Source of the DNA: Amphiscolops sp. MND2022
Taxonomy: Eukaryota
Reading direction: 5' to 3'
NCBI GenBank assembly: GCA_964187785.1
Contig: OZ076409.1
Span: 86,740,001-86,804,000 of the forward strand
Length of the DNA: 64,000 nt
The position numbers were made by a program, and so were the translations under genes. Positions 27,178 to 47,000 of the stretch are shown in pieces. Positions within the stretch are counted from its first letter, which is position 1. Each line of letters begins with the position of its first letter. The notes beneath the pieces were generated by a model. That model made no database searches. It was not told where the DNA came from and was given only the letters and a program-made list of their open reading frames with translations.

Positions 27178-27743
27178 CGTGAAGGGGGGCAGGGACGTTT
27201 CGTCACCAGCCTGTTGGGCGACGAAAATTTCAGCCCATTTCGGCGAAAATAATGTCGCCCAAATGTCCCGTAGACTAAAAGGCCAAATATGTTCACATAC
27301 CCCTAGTGCCCTAAATGCAGGAGCGACGTGCCATATGGCGATGCCTCTTGCTACTTGGCGAAGGGAGCGAAGCGACCGAACCATACAAATATGCTAACCT
27401 CTTCAAATATATCAGTTAATTGATCAATTTGATCAACCCATTTGGTCGACACTTTTGTCGCCCATGTGACCGACGCCATATTGTCGCCCAAATGGCTGGT
27501 GACGAAATGTCCCTGACCCAGGTATATGCCCAGTTTGCCGATTCCGAGGGACAGTTTGCCGATTTTTTTTCGGCAAACTAGGCAAGGTAGGGACAATTTG
27601 CCGAATTCGGTAAGCTGGGTTTCGGCAAACTGTCCCATATTCAGGGGTATATGCCCAGTTTACCGAATCCGAGGGACAATTTGCCGATTTTTTTCGGCAA
27701 GGTAGGGACAATTTGTCGAAATCGGCAAACTGCCCCATATTCG
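27178..27743. mobile_element. Composite insertion in the Copia 3' LTR: TIR MITE (~27190-27515) plus two tandem GGCAAACTG/CAGTTTGCC palindromic units
   Basis: Inverted pair CAGGGACGTTTCGTCACCAGCC / GGCTGGTGACGAAATGTCCCTG. The whole segment is absent from the 5' LTR. Confidence 0.6.
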
Positions 27744-28127
27744 CTGTGACCTGTAAACAATAGTATATATATCGCTTGCAATTTCATTTGTGTCATTCCA
27801 ATTTTCAATTTTTAATCACTGCATCAATTTTTGAGTGCTAGCAGCCTTTTGTGACTAAGTAGTTACTCGGTTTTCATTGCCTGTCGATTATCGTCAAAAA
27901 GTAGCGTGAGTTCTAACTAACGCACGCTGTTACTCCCTTGTCCTATGTCTAGAATTTCACTAGATAAATCCTGTCTCTGAACATGAACAAACAGTAAGTA
28001 TTGATGTTTGTGTTTGATAGACCCTCTTTGATTATAAGTAAACAAACTATTTCTCCAACTATAGTGATTTTTCAGGCTGAAAATGGACATGTAGAATTTT
28101 GGATTAAACTATTTGAGTGCCTACAAA

Positions 28128-33488
<5,361 letters not shown>

Positions 33489-33913
33489 ACCGAAACTGCG
33501 GCAATCGCGACCTGGCAAACCTGTGTGCGTATTGCGGTGATTCGTCTAACTGCTCTTTTCCAAAGTGTAAATTTTTAACATTAAGCTTTTGCTACTTTCT
33601 CATCAGGTTCACTGCAAAACCTTCCGTATTCATTGTACAGTTGAAGCCCGGGAGTGCAATTGGGGTTACTTTACAAATATGAGTTGGTTTTTAGTTTGGA
33701 TTCTTTTCTATTTTTGTTCGACTTCTCCAGTATCCTGTCGCCATTTATTTTATGAAGTATTTGCCACATTTAAAATTATATTGAATTCCCATAAAAATTG
33801 TTTATATTCACTTTGCGGGCTATGTTGAAATACTTTTTATCTGCTTACATTGCTATCTTGGATAACTTCAAGATCAGTTTGTCTAATTTTGGATTAATAT
33901 TTCTCCCAAACAA

Positions 33914-36900
33914 TGCAGTAATTTTTCCATGATTCCAGCAATGCATAATTGACCAATACTAACAAACACGTAGTTTTATTTTAAATTACAAATTGCAATC
34001 CTAATTTGAGTCTTCTTTTCTCTGAAGCTTCGTTAACAAATTGCATCCACAGTGTATTATATAAATACAGAAGTATCCGATAACAAATTTTGTTCTATTT
34101 TAATTTTGAAATGAAAATATATACAATTCCATGTTTTCTTTCTATTCCACAGAGCTTAGCATTTGAATCAGTGAGTGAAAGATATTGGCCTTCGCACGTG
34201 CACTCAGCCACATTTTTCATTGCTTGAAAGAAAGTTGTGGATTTACAAAAGGAGTCCACACTTGAGTCAATTACACTCATTGAAATTTGAATAAATGCGC
34301 ATAGAAAATATTTTCCTGATAGAAGACATGAAATTTCGTCGTTGAAGTATTCAAAATGTAGCGCATTTTCCAACATAGAAATTAAAATAAAGCAGTCAGT
34401 ATGACTTCCATTGTCAGTAAAGTCAATATCAATTGTACGAACACCTTGGAAGACACTCAGCTCAAAACTTTCGACTACATACAAATCTTTGACAGTTTCG
34501 ACTATATACTGTTTGACTTCTTAGTAATTTCGCTTCGTATGACATCATAAGGCGCATGGACGGGTAAAATTCTCGTCACGAACGATTCCTTGAATAGGAC
34601 AGATTTGAGCGTACTGCCTGCCATTATTTAGTCAAAAAGCGGTTCAGAATCTCGAAGGAGCATTGACAGTCTTGGATCGAACGAATGATACGCTTTCAGA
34701 TACCTCTGGACGACGGCGTGGAGAAACAAAATCACGAAGAGTTCAGCAATGTTACGATTGCAAAGTTTGAACAATCCAAGATTTATTCCAGGTTGCAGGT
34801 CGACAAAATTAGGTCCTAACCAAATTGTTGATTCCGCCATTGCCAATCACTTTCTTGAAGAGATCACATTATGAACGAGATAGCAGAAAATACCGAAAAA
34901 AAATTGAGTAAGTTGTCAAACCCTCGAGGAAGGGGCAATTTCTCAGTAACACCCAAATCGAACGAAAACCTCTTTGGAAATACCGTTTCCGGACAGGATC
35001 CAGGCAGATGCCTCCTATTTTATTTTCATTTTTGGACCCTGTTTTATCACGTTTCAATGATGTATCTATTTTTATACTAATGGTAATTTGATATCTTCAT
35101 TTTAATTTACATTTTCTTTCCTCATACTCAAAATTTGCAAAATTAGCATGAATTAGAAGCTGATTATGTGCAATTATGTGTCAAAAAGGACCAAAATGAA
35201 TTTTTTAAAGCATTTTCATACGAAAAAGGTTTCAATATGTGGTAATAAGCAAAAGCCTGCATGCGTTGCCATGCATGTTATCAACAAACAGCTTCAACTT
35301 GAGGGGGAAGAGAAGGCCCAAAATGTCTGAGGCGTAATCAAAGAAGTGGACAAGATTTGTGAACCTAAATGCAGGCAAGTCGGTCATGGCATGTTGAAGA
35401 CGTAGCATTTTGACACCAACAATCTAGGAGAACGATTTGCCTAACAAAACTTTATTTGAAAATATTTTTCATTTGAAGCGTGTTTTTATGTTTACCACAT
35501 GGGTGATGTGCTGTGCTTTTGTCAAAATCCCATCCCAATGTACTTGTCGGATGAACAAGGGCAATGTGGTATTCTTGGCGAAGTCTTGTCGGCGATAATA
35601 AATTTGTATAAAACAACGGAAACCTGCGTGGAGGTTAACAGATCACTCACAGACTTTTCCGATAGTCGAGTAGGAGCAAGGCGCCAACCTCTCCCTCCTT
35701 TTCTTTCTCCAACTTGTAGACGTTTTTAAATCTTTTAGGCATTTTTGTACGCTGACGATACTTTAATAAGTCGATGAGAATGAAACCGATATGCAAAACG
35801 CTGTAATGCAACATTAGATTACAGCCGGGATAAAAACATTTATATCAACAAAGGCAAAACCAAGAATTGACTTCTTTTGTGTGGTAATGGTAGAATAGCT
35901 CGATCACAATCCACGAACAGTCGATAAAGAAATGATGTGTTTTGTTACTTGGGAACAGTTTTCAAATGTAACAAAATGTATAACTTTGCAGTCTGCAATG
36001 AAACATAACATAGATAAGGCTAGGCAAGTTTTGTTCAGAATGGAATCTTTGCTTGGTAAAGTTTGTCTTCAAATCAAAACACTGCTACAGCTGTTGATGA
36101 TGTCATCAAGTCTTTTATATGGAGGTGAACTATCAGGCAACGAAAATTTGGCGCAAATTGAAGTTTTTCATTCGAATTTCAACGGATTTTGAAGGTCAGA
36201 AAAAATTCGCACAGCGCTTTTGCCTATGGAGAACTGGGCAGTCAGAAGAAGGTTACTGTTTGGAAGCAATTGATCAACTTTTGGAAAAAACTGATCAAAT
36301 AAGATAAAACAATATCGTGTGTGTTTAGCCCTTGGTTAGACAACGTCAAAATTCTCACTCCATGGTATATAGGAATTTAAAAAATCTTCGACACTTTTGG
36401 GATAGCGATTGCAGAAAAGTATGCGGGTTTTCATTACGAGTTCAAACGCTCTCTAAAAAAATGTCAAAACTTTGTACTTCAATCATGGCAATTGATGATT
36501 CGAGTGATCCCGTTATGTAAATATACCATTTATATATGCATCGACTAGAACTCGAACGATGTCTAAAATTAATTGAAAGACATGAAATTGTAAAACTAGT
36601 CATTTTCAGGCTTTTGTCTGCTGTTTTACCAACTGTTGAAATGGTCATACGGAAACGCTTGATCGAAAAAGTGTGTCGGATGAGTACAATGTTTTTGAAG
36701 TGTCGGAGTGTAAGCGCACTGTATGTGTCGGAGTGTAAGCGCACTGCAGGAAAAACCCTATGTTTTTTCGACACTCATCGAGAAAATTTATTTATTCCAC
36801 AGAATCAAAAAACAATCAAAGAGGTCACCCTCAACACCCGGAAAAAAGTTTGTTTTACAAAAAACCTCAAAAGAAAACAAAATTTGCGAAAATTTTTTTC

Positions 36901-39900
36901 CATACTTTTTATTCATCAGTATGTCGCATAGTATTGAAAAAACCTAAAGTGGCCTAATCATTTGTTTCTGCTGAAAGTCGAGAGAATAAAGTCTGTTTTA
37001 GAAAATTCAGGAAAGAAATCTCATAAAACTGAAAAACCAAAGTGGGAGGGACCCTCTAGTTCCCCTCTACTTTGGCAAGCATAGAAAGGCTTCGGTTTAG
37101 CTTGAGACCCGAACCTGCTTACTACTGCTTCTCAGACCTTCTCGGAAATCTGAGATATCTTCTAGCACAAGCGGCAATTAGTAATTAGGTATGTTACCAT
37201 GAGCATTGAGGTGCTTATGGACTCCTGTCAGTTCCTTGTTTTTAAAAAAGCCACTACAATAGTTGGTCCTTTTGCAGTAATTTTTCCATAATTCCAGCAA
37301 TGCATAATTGACCAATACTAACAAACACGTAGTTTTATTTTAAATTATAAATTGCAATCCTAATTTGAGTCTTCTTTTCTCTGAAGCTTCGTTAACAAAT
37401 TGCATCCACAGTGTATTATATAAATACAGAAGTATCCGATAACAAATTTTGTTCTATTTTAATTTTGAAATGAAAATATATACAATTCCATGTTTTCTTT
37501 CTATTCCACAGAGCCTAGCATTTGAATCAGTGAGTGGAAGATATTGGCCTTCGCTCGTGCACTCAGCCACATTTTTTCCTTGCTTGAAAGAAAGTTGTGG
37601 ATTTACAAAAGGAGTCCACACTTGGGTCAATTACACTCATTGAAATTTGAATAAATGCGCATAGAAAATATTTTCCTGATAGAAGACATGAAATTTCGTC
37701 GTTGAAGTATTCAAAATGTAGCGCATTTTCCAACATAGAAATTAAAATGAAGCAGTCAGTATGACTTCCATTGTCAGTAAAGTCAATATCAATTGTACGA
37801 ACACCTTGGAAGACACTCAGCTCAAAACTTTCGACTACATACAAATCTTTGACAGTTTCGACTACATACTGTTTGACTTCTTCGTAATTTCGCTTCGTTT
37901 GACATCATAAGGCGCATGGACGGGTAAAATTCTCGTCACGAACGATTCCTTGAATAGGGCAATTGTGAGCGTACTGCCTGTCATTATTTAGTCAAAAAGC
38001 GGTTCAGAATCTCGAAGCGGTCTGAGATCGAACGAATGATACGCTCTCAGATACCTCTGAACGACGGCGCGGAGAAATGAAATCACGAAGAGTTCAGCAA
38101 TGTTACGATTGCAAAGTTTGAACAATCCAAGATTTATTCCAGGTTACAGGTCGACAAAAATAGGTCCTAACGAATATGTTGATTCCGCCATTGCCAATCA
38201 CTTTCTCGAAGAGATCACATTATGAACGAGCTAGCAGAAAATACCGGAAAAAATTCTGAGTAAGTTGTCAAACCCCTCGAGGAAGTGGCAATTTCTCAGT
38301 AACACCCAAATCGAACGAATATCTCTTTGGAAATACCGTTTCCGGACAGGATCCAGGCAGATGCCTCCCATTTTATTTTCATTTTTGGACCCTGTTTTAA
38401 CACGTTTCATTGATGTATCTATGTTTATACTAGTGTTATTATGATATCTTCATTTTAATTTACATTTTCTTTTCTCCCATACTCAAAATTTGCAAAATTA
38501 GCATGAATTAGAAGCTGATTATGTGCAATTATGTGTCAAAAAGGACCAAAATGCATTTTTTAAAGCATTTTCACACGAAAAAGGTTTCAATATGTGGTTA
38601 TAAGCAAAAGCCTGCATGCGTTGCCATGCATGTTATCAACAAACAGCTTCAACTTGAGGGGGAAGAGAAGGCCCAAAATGTCTGAGGCGTAATCAAAGAG
38701 GTGGACAAGATTTGTGAACCTAAATGCAGGCAAGTCGGTCATGGCATGCTGAAGACGTGTAGCATTTTGACACCAACAATCTAGGGGAAAACGATTTGCC
38801 TAACAAAACTTTAGTTGAAAATATTTTTCATTTGAAGCGTGTTTTTATGTTTACCACATGGGTGATGTGCTGTGCTTTTGTCAAAATCCCATCCCAATGT
38901 ACTTGTCGGATGAACAAGGGCAATATGGTATTCTTGGCGAAGTCTTGTCGGCGATAACAAATTTGTATAAAACAACGAAAACCTGCGTGGAGGTTAACAG
39001 ATCAGTCACAGACTTTTCCGATAGTCGAGTAGGAGTGAGGCAAGGCGCCGACCTCGCCCTCCTTTTCTTTATCCAACTTGCAGACGTTTTTAAATCTTTT
39101 AGGCATTTTTGTACGCTGACGATACTTTAATAAGTCGATGAGAATGAAACCGATATGCAAAACGCTGTAATGCAACATTAGATTACAGCCGGGATAAAAA
39201 CATTTATATCAACAAAGGCAAAACCAAGAATTGACTTCTTTTGTGTGGTTATGGTAGAATAGCTCGATCACAATCCACGAACAGTCGATAAAGAAATGAT
39301 GTGTTTTGTTACTTGGGAACAGTTTTCAAATGTAACAAAATGTATAACTTTGCAGTCTGCAATGAAACATAACATAGATAAGGCTAGGCAAGTTTTGTTC
39401 AGAATGGAATCTTTGCTTGGTAAAGTTTGTCTTCAAATCAAAACACTGCTACAGCTGTTGATGATGTCATCAAGTCTTTTATATGGACGTGAACTATCAG
39501 GCAACGAAAATTTGGCGCAAATTGAAGTTTTTCATTCGAATTTCAACGGATTTTGAAGGTCAGAAAAAATTCGCACAGCGCTTTTGCCTATGGAGAACTG
39601 GGCAGTCAGAAGAAGGTTACTGTTTGGAAGCAATTGATCAACTTTTGGAAAAAACTGATCAAATAAGATAAAACAATATCGTGTGTGTTTAGCCCTTGGT
39701 TAGACAACGTCAAAATTCTCACGCCATGGTATATAGGAATTTAAAAAATCTTCGACACTTTTGGGATAGCGATTGCAGAAAAGTATGCGGGTTTTCATTA
39801 CGAGTTCAAACGCTCTCTAAAAAAATGTCAAAACTTTGTACTTCAATCATGGCAATTGATGATTCGAGTGATCCCGTTATGTAAATATACCATTTATATA

Positions 39901-40637
39901 TGCATCGACTAGAACTCGAACGATGTCTAAAATTAATTGAAAGACATGAAATTGTAAAACTAGTCATTTTCAGGCTTTTGTCTGCTGTTTTACCAACTGT
40001 TGAAATGGTCATACGGAAACGCTTGATCGAAAAAGTGTGTCGGATGAGTACAATGTTTTTGAAGTGTCGGAGTGTAAGCGCACTGTATGTGTCGGAGTGT
40101 AAGCGCACTGCAGGAAAAACCCTATGTTTTTTCGACACTCATCGAGAAAATTTATTCATTCCACAGAATCAAAAAACAATCAAAGAGGTCACCCTCAACA
40201 CCCGGAAAAAAGTTTGTTTTACAAAAAACCTCAAAAGAAAACAAAATTTGCGAAAATTTTTTTCCATACTTTTTATTCATCAGTATGTCGCATAGTATTG
40301 AAAAAACCTAAAGTGGCCTAATCATTTGTTTCTGCTGAAAGTCGAGAGAATAAAGTCTGTTTTAGAAAATTCAGGAAAGAAATCTCATAAAACTGAAAAA
40401 CCAAAGTGGGAGGGACCCTCTAGTTCCCCTCTACTTTGGCAAGCATAGAAAGGCTTCGGTTTAGCTTGAGACCCGAACCTGCTTACTACTGCCTCTCAGA
40501 CCTTCTCGGAAATCTGAGATATCTTCTAGCACAAGCGGCAATTAGTAATTAGGTATGTTATCATGAGCATTGAGGTGCTTATGGACTCCTGTCAGTTCCT
40601 GGTTTTTAAAAAAGCCACTACAATAGTTGGTCCTTTT
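33914..40637. repeat. Direct tandem duplication, ~3.36-kb unit (33914-~37272 / ~37273-40637)
   Basis: Paired near-identical ORFs (for example 36536 and 39900) and matching sequence at an offset of ~3359-3364. Confidence 0.95.
35480..36700 (+). mobile_element. Degraded LINE RT remnant (second copy at ~38840-40060)
   Basis: GILGEVLSAIINLYKTTETCVEVN..SRVGVRQG and a LYADDT-encoding segment (~35745-35762). Confidence 0.65.
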
Positions 40638-42659
40638 CTTCCACAAGCACCGACTATAAATGTGATTTTCTAGCAAAACTAGTTGAACATAAATGTAACA
40701 TCTTCATAGATAGCGTGTTCATGGACCTTCAAGGTATCAGTTGTTGATAACGGAGGTAAAAATGGCGTGATCAGTCTCCATTTTTGGCTTATACCCAGGA
40801 GGTAACTGGTATCCTGTGAAAAGTTAACCCTTCAATCTTTTACGAGAATCATGAACGTCATGCAATGACCTTGCATGGAAAACAATAACAAGAACATAAA
40901 CGGCTGTGAGAAAATAAAAGATACTATCAAAAAAAGTATCAGGTCAAATCCGCTAAGTTGAAATCTAAGTTCAAGAAGTTGAATTCTCCAAAACGAATAT
41001 ATTTCTAAGTCAAAATCTCTCACGTTTGTGACGAATCATGATTAGCTACGTTCACACATACATTTAACCTCGACAGTGATTTCGCTCTCAAATGAGGACA
41101 GCAATTCTTTCCGCAATCAATAAAAAATACGATTCACAAAAACATATTGGAAACTGAAAATTTGTCTTTCTTATCGAAAATCTTTTGGATTATCTAGGAT
41201 GAGTCGTTATTTGAGTCAATATCGTTTTTTTCCGAAACACCGGCAAAAAAAGTGAATGGAAAGAACTGAAAATTTGCAAAAAAGATATTTAAAAAAATGC
41301 TGTTTCTAACTGAGAAACATTTTGCTATTTTACTGTCCCACTCTGGTAACACAGTAGGCCACCATAAAAAAGCGTTTTTAATGAAGCTTCATCTATGAGT
41401 TCTACCTGCATTTGTGACGACAGCTCCCAGCCTAAGTGGTCTGCATTTGAAAGGTTAGGTAAAAGGCTTCCGGGAATAGAAAACCGAATTGAGCTGCCGC
41501 TGTTATTTGTGGAAAAATGAAGTTTTGAAAAAATTTTGCTAAATTTTTGTCACTTTTTCAACTTCTCTATGTACTGTCGAGGGTAGTCCCCAAATGCAGA
41601 TGCTATGCGCCGTATCACTACTTTTCAAGCGGCTGATTTTGACAAAGGTCGCACTGGAAGCGCACGAATGAGGAAGGTCAAGCCATACACCCAATATTTT
41701 GACTTCATGTTATTTAAGAGATTATGACTTCGGAAATTTTCATCTAGATTTTGACAAGTAACTTCAAAAGTTTCATCAAAAAATAATGATTCAAGTTTTA
41801 AATTTAACACAAATCACGGTGTTTAATCTGAGCTCTGAAACATGTATATTATGTACAAACGTGCATAGCATACTCAAAATAGTGGCTTCAGCCACTTGTG
41901 CTATCAAAGACATCGGAGAACATTTTCAGTTAAGGGAGGCGGAAATTTTGTCGCCACAAATTTCGCCGCAGGAAATTTTGTCGTATTGATTAGAATTAAC
42001 AGAGTTCACGAAAAAATACCATTATAGTTATTCAATCATTTAAATAATGAAATGAGATCTTGAGAATAGGTTTTATTTTGACACCTAAATTGAGTCAAAA
42101 AGTTAATTGCATTCAATCAACTGATCAAGCCATTTTATGAGCTATGGGACATTTTCAGTCAGGAACTATTTTAACGGTGTGCGTTCATTTCACAACAGGT
42201 TCATTTCAGCCTGGTGAAAAAGTAGAACACGAAAAATCTTTGCTGAAGACTCACACCATACTAGGTGAACCATAAAAAATAGGGACCGCATAAAACTTCA
42301 AAATCAAAATACAAAGGAGAGTAGTATGCGTATTCCCGATTATGGCCAGCTAGTGAAAAAAAGAAAAGTTCGCTAACCTCCATGTTGTTGTAGGGTAATA
42401 CAGAAAATGGAATAAATGAAAAGTGAATCATGTGCAATTTAATTCTATTCTTTTGATACATGTGGCTTGAAATTGAATTGCAGTCACTTATTGAGAAATA
42501 TGAAAGTAGATCAAAGCATTCAAACCAAATCGGAAATTCTGATGATTTCTTAAATTATTTGAGTTTTGGTTTTGGTTTGCATATTTGTTTCACCGCGAGA
42601 AAACTGTTCATTCCAAGCAACTATAAATTACAACCAAGTTATTCCAGCAATGCCTAGTA

Positions 42660-43143
42660 TAAACAAGACGGGAACGTGTCAACTGGGCGCTATATCTAAG
42701 GCTCAAAAAGCGCAAAACATTTTTTTGGAAAAAAACTTGAAATTTTCGAAAAAAATATTCTTTCGGAAAACGTCGTACAGTGCCGAAAAATGTAAAAGGG
42801 GGACCCTTTTTGATTTATAAACACGCATTCTGTAGCAAAATAACAAAAAACTCAAAGGTGGGACCCTTTGGGGACATTAAAAAAATTTCGAAAAAAAGTC
42901 GTACAGTGCCGAAAAAAATCGAAAGGGGGGACCCTTTAGTCCCGTCCGGGCTTGTAGGTAACGTTTAAAAAGTAAAAAACAAAAGAAGGATCCTTTGGAA
43001 TAAATTACATGCGTTTCCCTGGTATTTAGTTTCCTTTAGTTGAACGTGAACGTTCGTCGATTCGTGTCTGTCCTAAAAAAAAAGAAAAAAAACGAGTGAC
43101 TTTAATAGTCGGGCTCTTTTATTTATAAAAGCGCCGACTAAAA
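42660..43143 (-). mobile_element. Interspersed non-autonomous repeat (Helentron-like)
   Basis: GGCGCT..AAGGCTCAAAAAGCGCAAA head and GGGGACCCTTT repeats shared with ~59170-59370 and, in reverse, with family A. Ends in AGCGCCGACTAAAA. Confidence 0.5.
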
Positions 43144-44058
43144 ATTTAGAAGATCGAACGGATATATGTTGTGGAAACGTACGCTCTCGTATCTCATTGT
43201 TGGAGGCATACGCGGGCGATGCTCATGCAGTTAATATACAAGGTTTTATGTCACTGGCACAAAATTTATCAACGATTGACATCATCAACCATATTAAAAT
43301 GTTTGACAACACTATAAGGATCATCAGTGAGTTGAAAAACTTACTCAAAGATGAGGACCGCCGCCGCAATTCAAAGAATCAACTCATTGATTGCGGGAAG
43401 GCTGTCAACAAAACAATTGCAACGAAAAAGAGAATAACCGCCCAACGTAGGGATAAAAGATTCAATCTCTATCAAGTAGAGGCCGCAACAACGGAACAAG
43501 CCCCTGCGCCCGCACCCAATCGGAAAAAAAATCGGAGTATTTTGATTATAAACCAAAAACTGTTAAGTTATGATTTGGCGTGAATTATTAAACCAGCGGT
43601 ATTGCACGTGGTAATGGTTGAATAAAAGGCTTTAGAACAATTTTTTTAAATTTACCACAGCAGATCAATGAACAAATTTTTCCATAGTGAATCCATACAT
43701 ATTTAAAGCTCTCAATCGTGATGTATAACCAATCTCCACATGTTTAAGCAATACTACTTACCATCTTACCATTGTAAAGGGAATCTCTGGCGGTTTGATA
43801 CCATACCTGGGATAATTAGGTTACGGAGTAAGTTTGAAAGTTGTCGAAAACGGTTGTCGAAAAAAGTGAAGTTGAAAAAGATTAAAGGGTTAAAAATCAC
43901 TTGAAGAAAACCACTCAAGTGGAAATTTTTTCAAAAACTTTCCCATGCCTACTTTGAATGATAAATATCAAAGAATACCAACATATTATATACCGCTGAA
44001 ATCGTATTCAAAAGGAGAATTCAATGAAACTATTTTCAAATATCTTCGATGAATAGAA

Positions 44059-47000
44059 ATGGAAAATTGCAGTATTTGTAATTTAGATTGTAAAAAATCC
44101 TTCAAATACAGTCATTATAAATCAGTAAAACATCTTGAAAAATTAAAACAATATTATTGTACAAAATGTAATTTAAATATGCCCTTATCACATAAAAAGT
44201 CTCATCTAAATTCAGACGAACATAAAAACGATACCAAACAACAACTTGTTTGGTGTGAAGACTGTGACAAATATATATCTGATAAAACAAGACATTTTCA
44301 AAGTGAAAATCATATCAACAGATCCCTTATCCAGAAAAGTCAACACCAACAACAACAAAAAAACTTTAGTCAAGATGTAAAAATAATTGTGAATGAAAAA
44401 ACATACATGAAACCTAAAAAAATCCAACTGATCACCTTGAACATCACATAAATGATTTGTTAAGTAAAAGTTACTTCCCCTGATATAAATATCAATTGAG
44501 TTATTTCGTTAAGTTTACAAAACACATCAACGGAGAAGAACATATATTTCACAAATTGGTAAAATCAGACCTAACGTATCAGACCTAACAAATCAGACCT
44601 AACATGAATCAAAATGTTCATAACACAATAATACAGAAATTAAATGATGAACAATTAGAAGGATCCGGGATTGTGTTTCATATAAATCGGTGTTATATTA
44701 GAAGTATATGAAGTTAATGATATTCAAGTTTCTTCATACAAGGAGTTGCCAAAAAAGTTTAAGAAGAATGTAATTTTGAAGAATCAGTCAATTCAAAATT
44801 TAAAAAATGAAGATCAATTATGTTTTTTTTTTGTGGTGTATCTTAGCTCATCTTCGCCCGGTTGAGGATCAAGAAAATAGAATTTCAAATTATAATTATT
44901 AATATGCCTACTTTGTGTGTGGAAGGTTTAGAATTCCCTATGAAAGTTAAAGATATACCTAAGTTTGAAAGACATAATAAAATGATTATAAATGATTTTG
45001 AACTCATTGGAACAGTGCTATCACCAATCCACATAAATACGAAGTATGATCAACCACAAATAGATTTGTTGTTGTATGAAAATCACTATTGCCTAGTAAC
45101 AAAGTTGCATTGTCTAATAAATAATGACTCACACATGAACCATGTATGTGGAAGATGTCTAACTGCAATCAGTTCACAATCGGTTCTAATTGATCATATA
45201 GAAAGATGCATAAATCAACAACCAACTAATATCACATACAGTTGGAAGGATCAGTTGAAGTTCGAAGATCACCACATGAAAATTCCTTTACCTATTAAAG
45301 TGTATGCAGATTTTGAATGTATTAACTAACCTCAAAATGACTCCAAAGTATTATTTGAACAAATTGTATTTGCTGTAGGATATTAGCCAATCTCACCATT
45401 TAGAAACAAGTATTGCTCATACTTCGCTGAAGGGTGCACGCCAAGCGCCTTCGGTAAGCGAAGCCAACGTTGCTGTGTAAAATGGTTTGTAAATGAAATG
45501 TTGACACACAAAAAATTGCATTGGAATAATTTAAAATAAATACACCACTACAAATATCTCCTCAAGAAGAAGTACTGCTCCAACAATCTACAATATGCTG
45601 GCTTTTTGAAGAGCCTCTTAGCTCTGCTTTAGACGTGGAAAAGTCTTGTGAAAATGCACTCGGTGATCATACAACAAAGCTGGCTTCGCATACCGGAGGC
45701 GCTTTGCGTACTGCTAAAGTTCGGAATCACGATCATCTAACAGTAAAATACAGAAAGGCAGCCCATTTCAAAAGCAACATAAATGTAAAACAAAAAATTC
45801 AAGTTTTGTTCCTATTTTTATTCACAACTTTTCTGGGTAGGATTGGCATTTAATTTTTGAACAACTCTCAACTGAAATATTCAATCAAAAATATGAGCTA
45901 AATATAATCCCTAAAGCATTAGAAAACTATGTTCTTGTCCAAGTAGGTTGTTTAAGGTTTCTAGATTCACACCATTTTCTTTCTTCTAGTTCGGATAAAT
46001 TCTGAGTAATATTATAAACAGTTTCCCAATATTGGATAAAAAATGTCTTGATGACGAAATTTTGAAAAGAAGTTGGTTTCTCTTCTCCTAATGAATACTT
46101 TAATTTTGATACGCGAAGCGCCTCAGGTACGCAAAGCTTCTCCGGTAGTTTCCAAGAACCATGAATCCTAACAAAAGAAGACTTTTGGTCATTAGTAAAA
46201 CAAGAAACCCCGCCAGATGAAGAAATTAACCGTACACAAGAAATTATTAAATAGTTTAATATATAGAACAGACCAGAAATAACTGTGTTACATCTAAAAC
46301 TGGATGTTCTACATTTAACTGATGTCTTTCAGAACTTTTTTGAGAATTCTACTCTTATGTATGGTATTAATCCATTGTACAGTTACTCAGCACCAGGTTA
46401 TACATGGAAACCTGGATTGAAGTTCACAAATATCAAGTTAGATTATATAAAAGATAAACATCTTTTGTTGTTGCTAGACAACAATATACGTGGAGGAATT
46501 TCAAGTATTATGTGTGATAGGCATGTTGTATCGGATGTCAACAAACAAATCTTATACATTGATGCAAATAATCTATATGGATGGGCTATGAGTCAATATC
46601 TTCCTACTGGCGAATTCAAAAAATTACAGCTTTGCTGGCCATCGGTATCTTTTAACCCGAATAAATACACAGATGATCACATGATCACATTCTAGAGCAA
46701 ATACTAATTAGTAGAAGATTTCGCACAAACACCAGAAAACAATGTGAGTGAATTTTTTATAGATAGTGTATTAGAATATCCAGATGAAACTAAACAAACC
46801 ACTGAAAGTTTTCCTTTATGTCCTTATCGAGTAGAAGCTAATTGTGAGTAGTTCTCAGAATATATGAATTTCGTTGAACAACCGAATTACAAACCAACCC
46901 AGAAGCTTTTGTATGACTTAACAAACAATTAAAATTATATATTGCACTACAGAATGTTCAAGTTTCACATCAACATGGGAGTGAAAGTAACTCATCCTAA

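Larger units (their letters stand above)
22700..27836 (+). mobile_element. Ty1/Copia LTR retrotransposon, degraded, with nested insertions
   Basis: 5' LTR 22700-22937. 3' LTR 27038-27836 (interrupted). TSD GCTAG on both sides. Copia-type PBS GTTATGGGCCCAG. Integrase YSAPYTPQENGKIER, RT ARGFTQSPGIDYHETYSP and YGLKQSGRNWY, RNase H GYSDADYA and DNMAD|LFTK. Confidence 0.93.

Noticed and set aside
34095..37844. Duplicated short ORFs (34095-34484, 36536-36931, 37563-37844) as host genes
   Set aside because: No recognisable domains. They recur only because of the tandem duplication, and some overlap LINE or repeat remnants.
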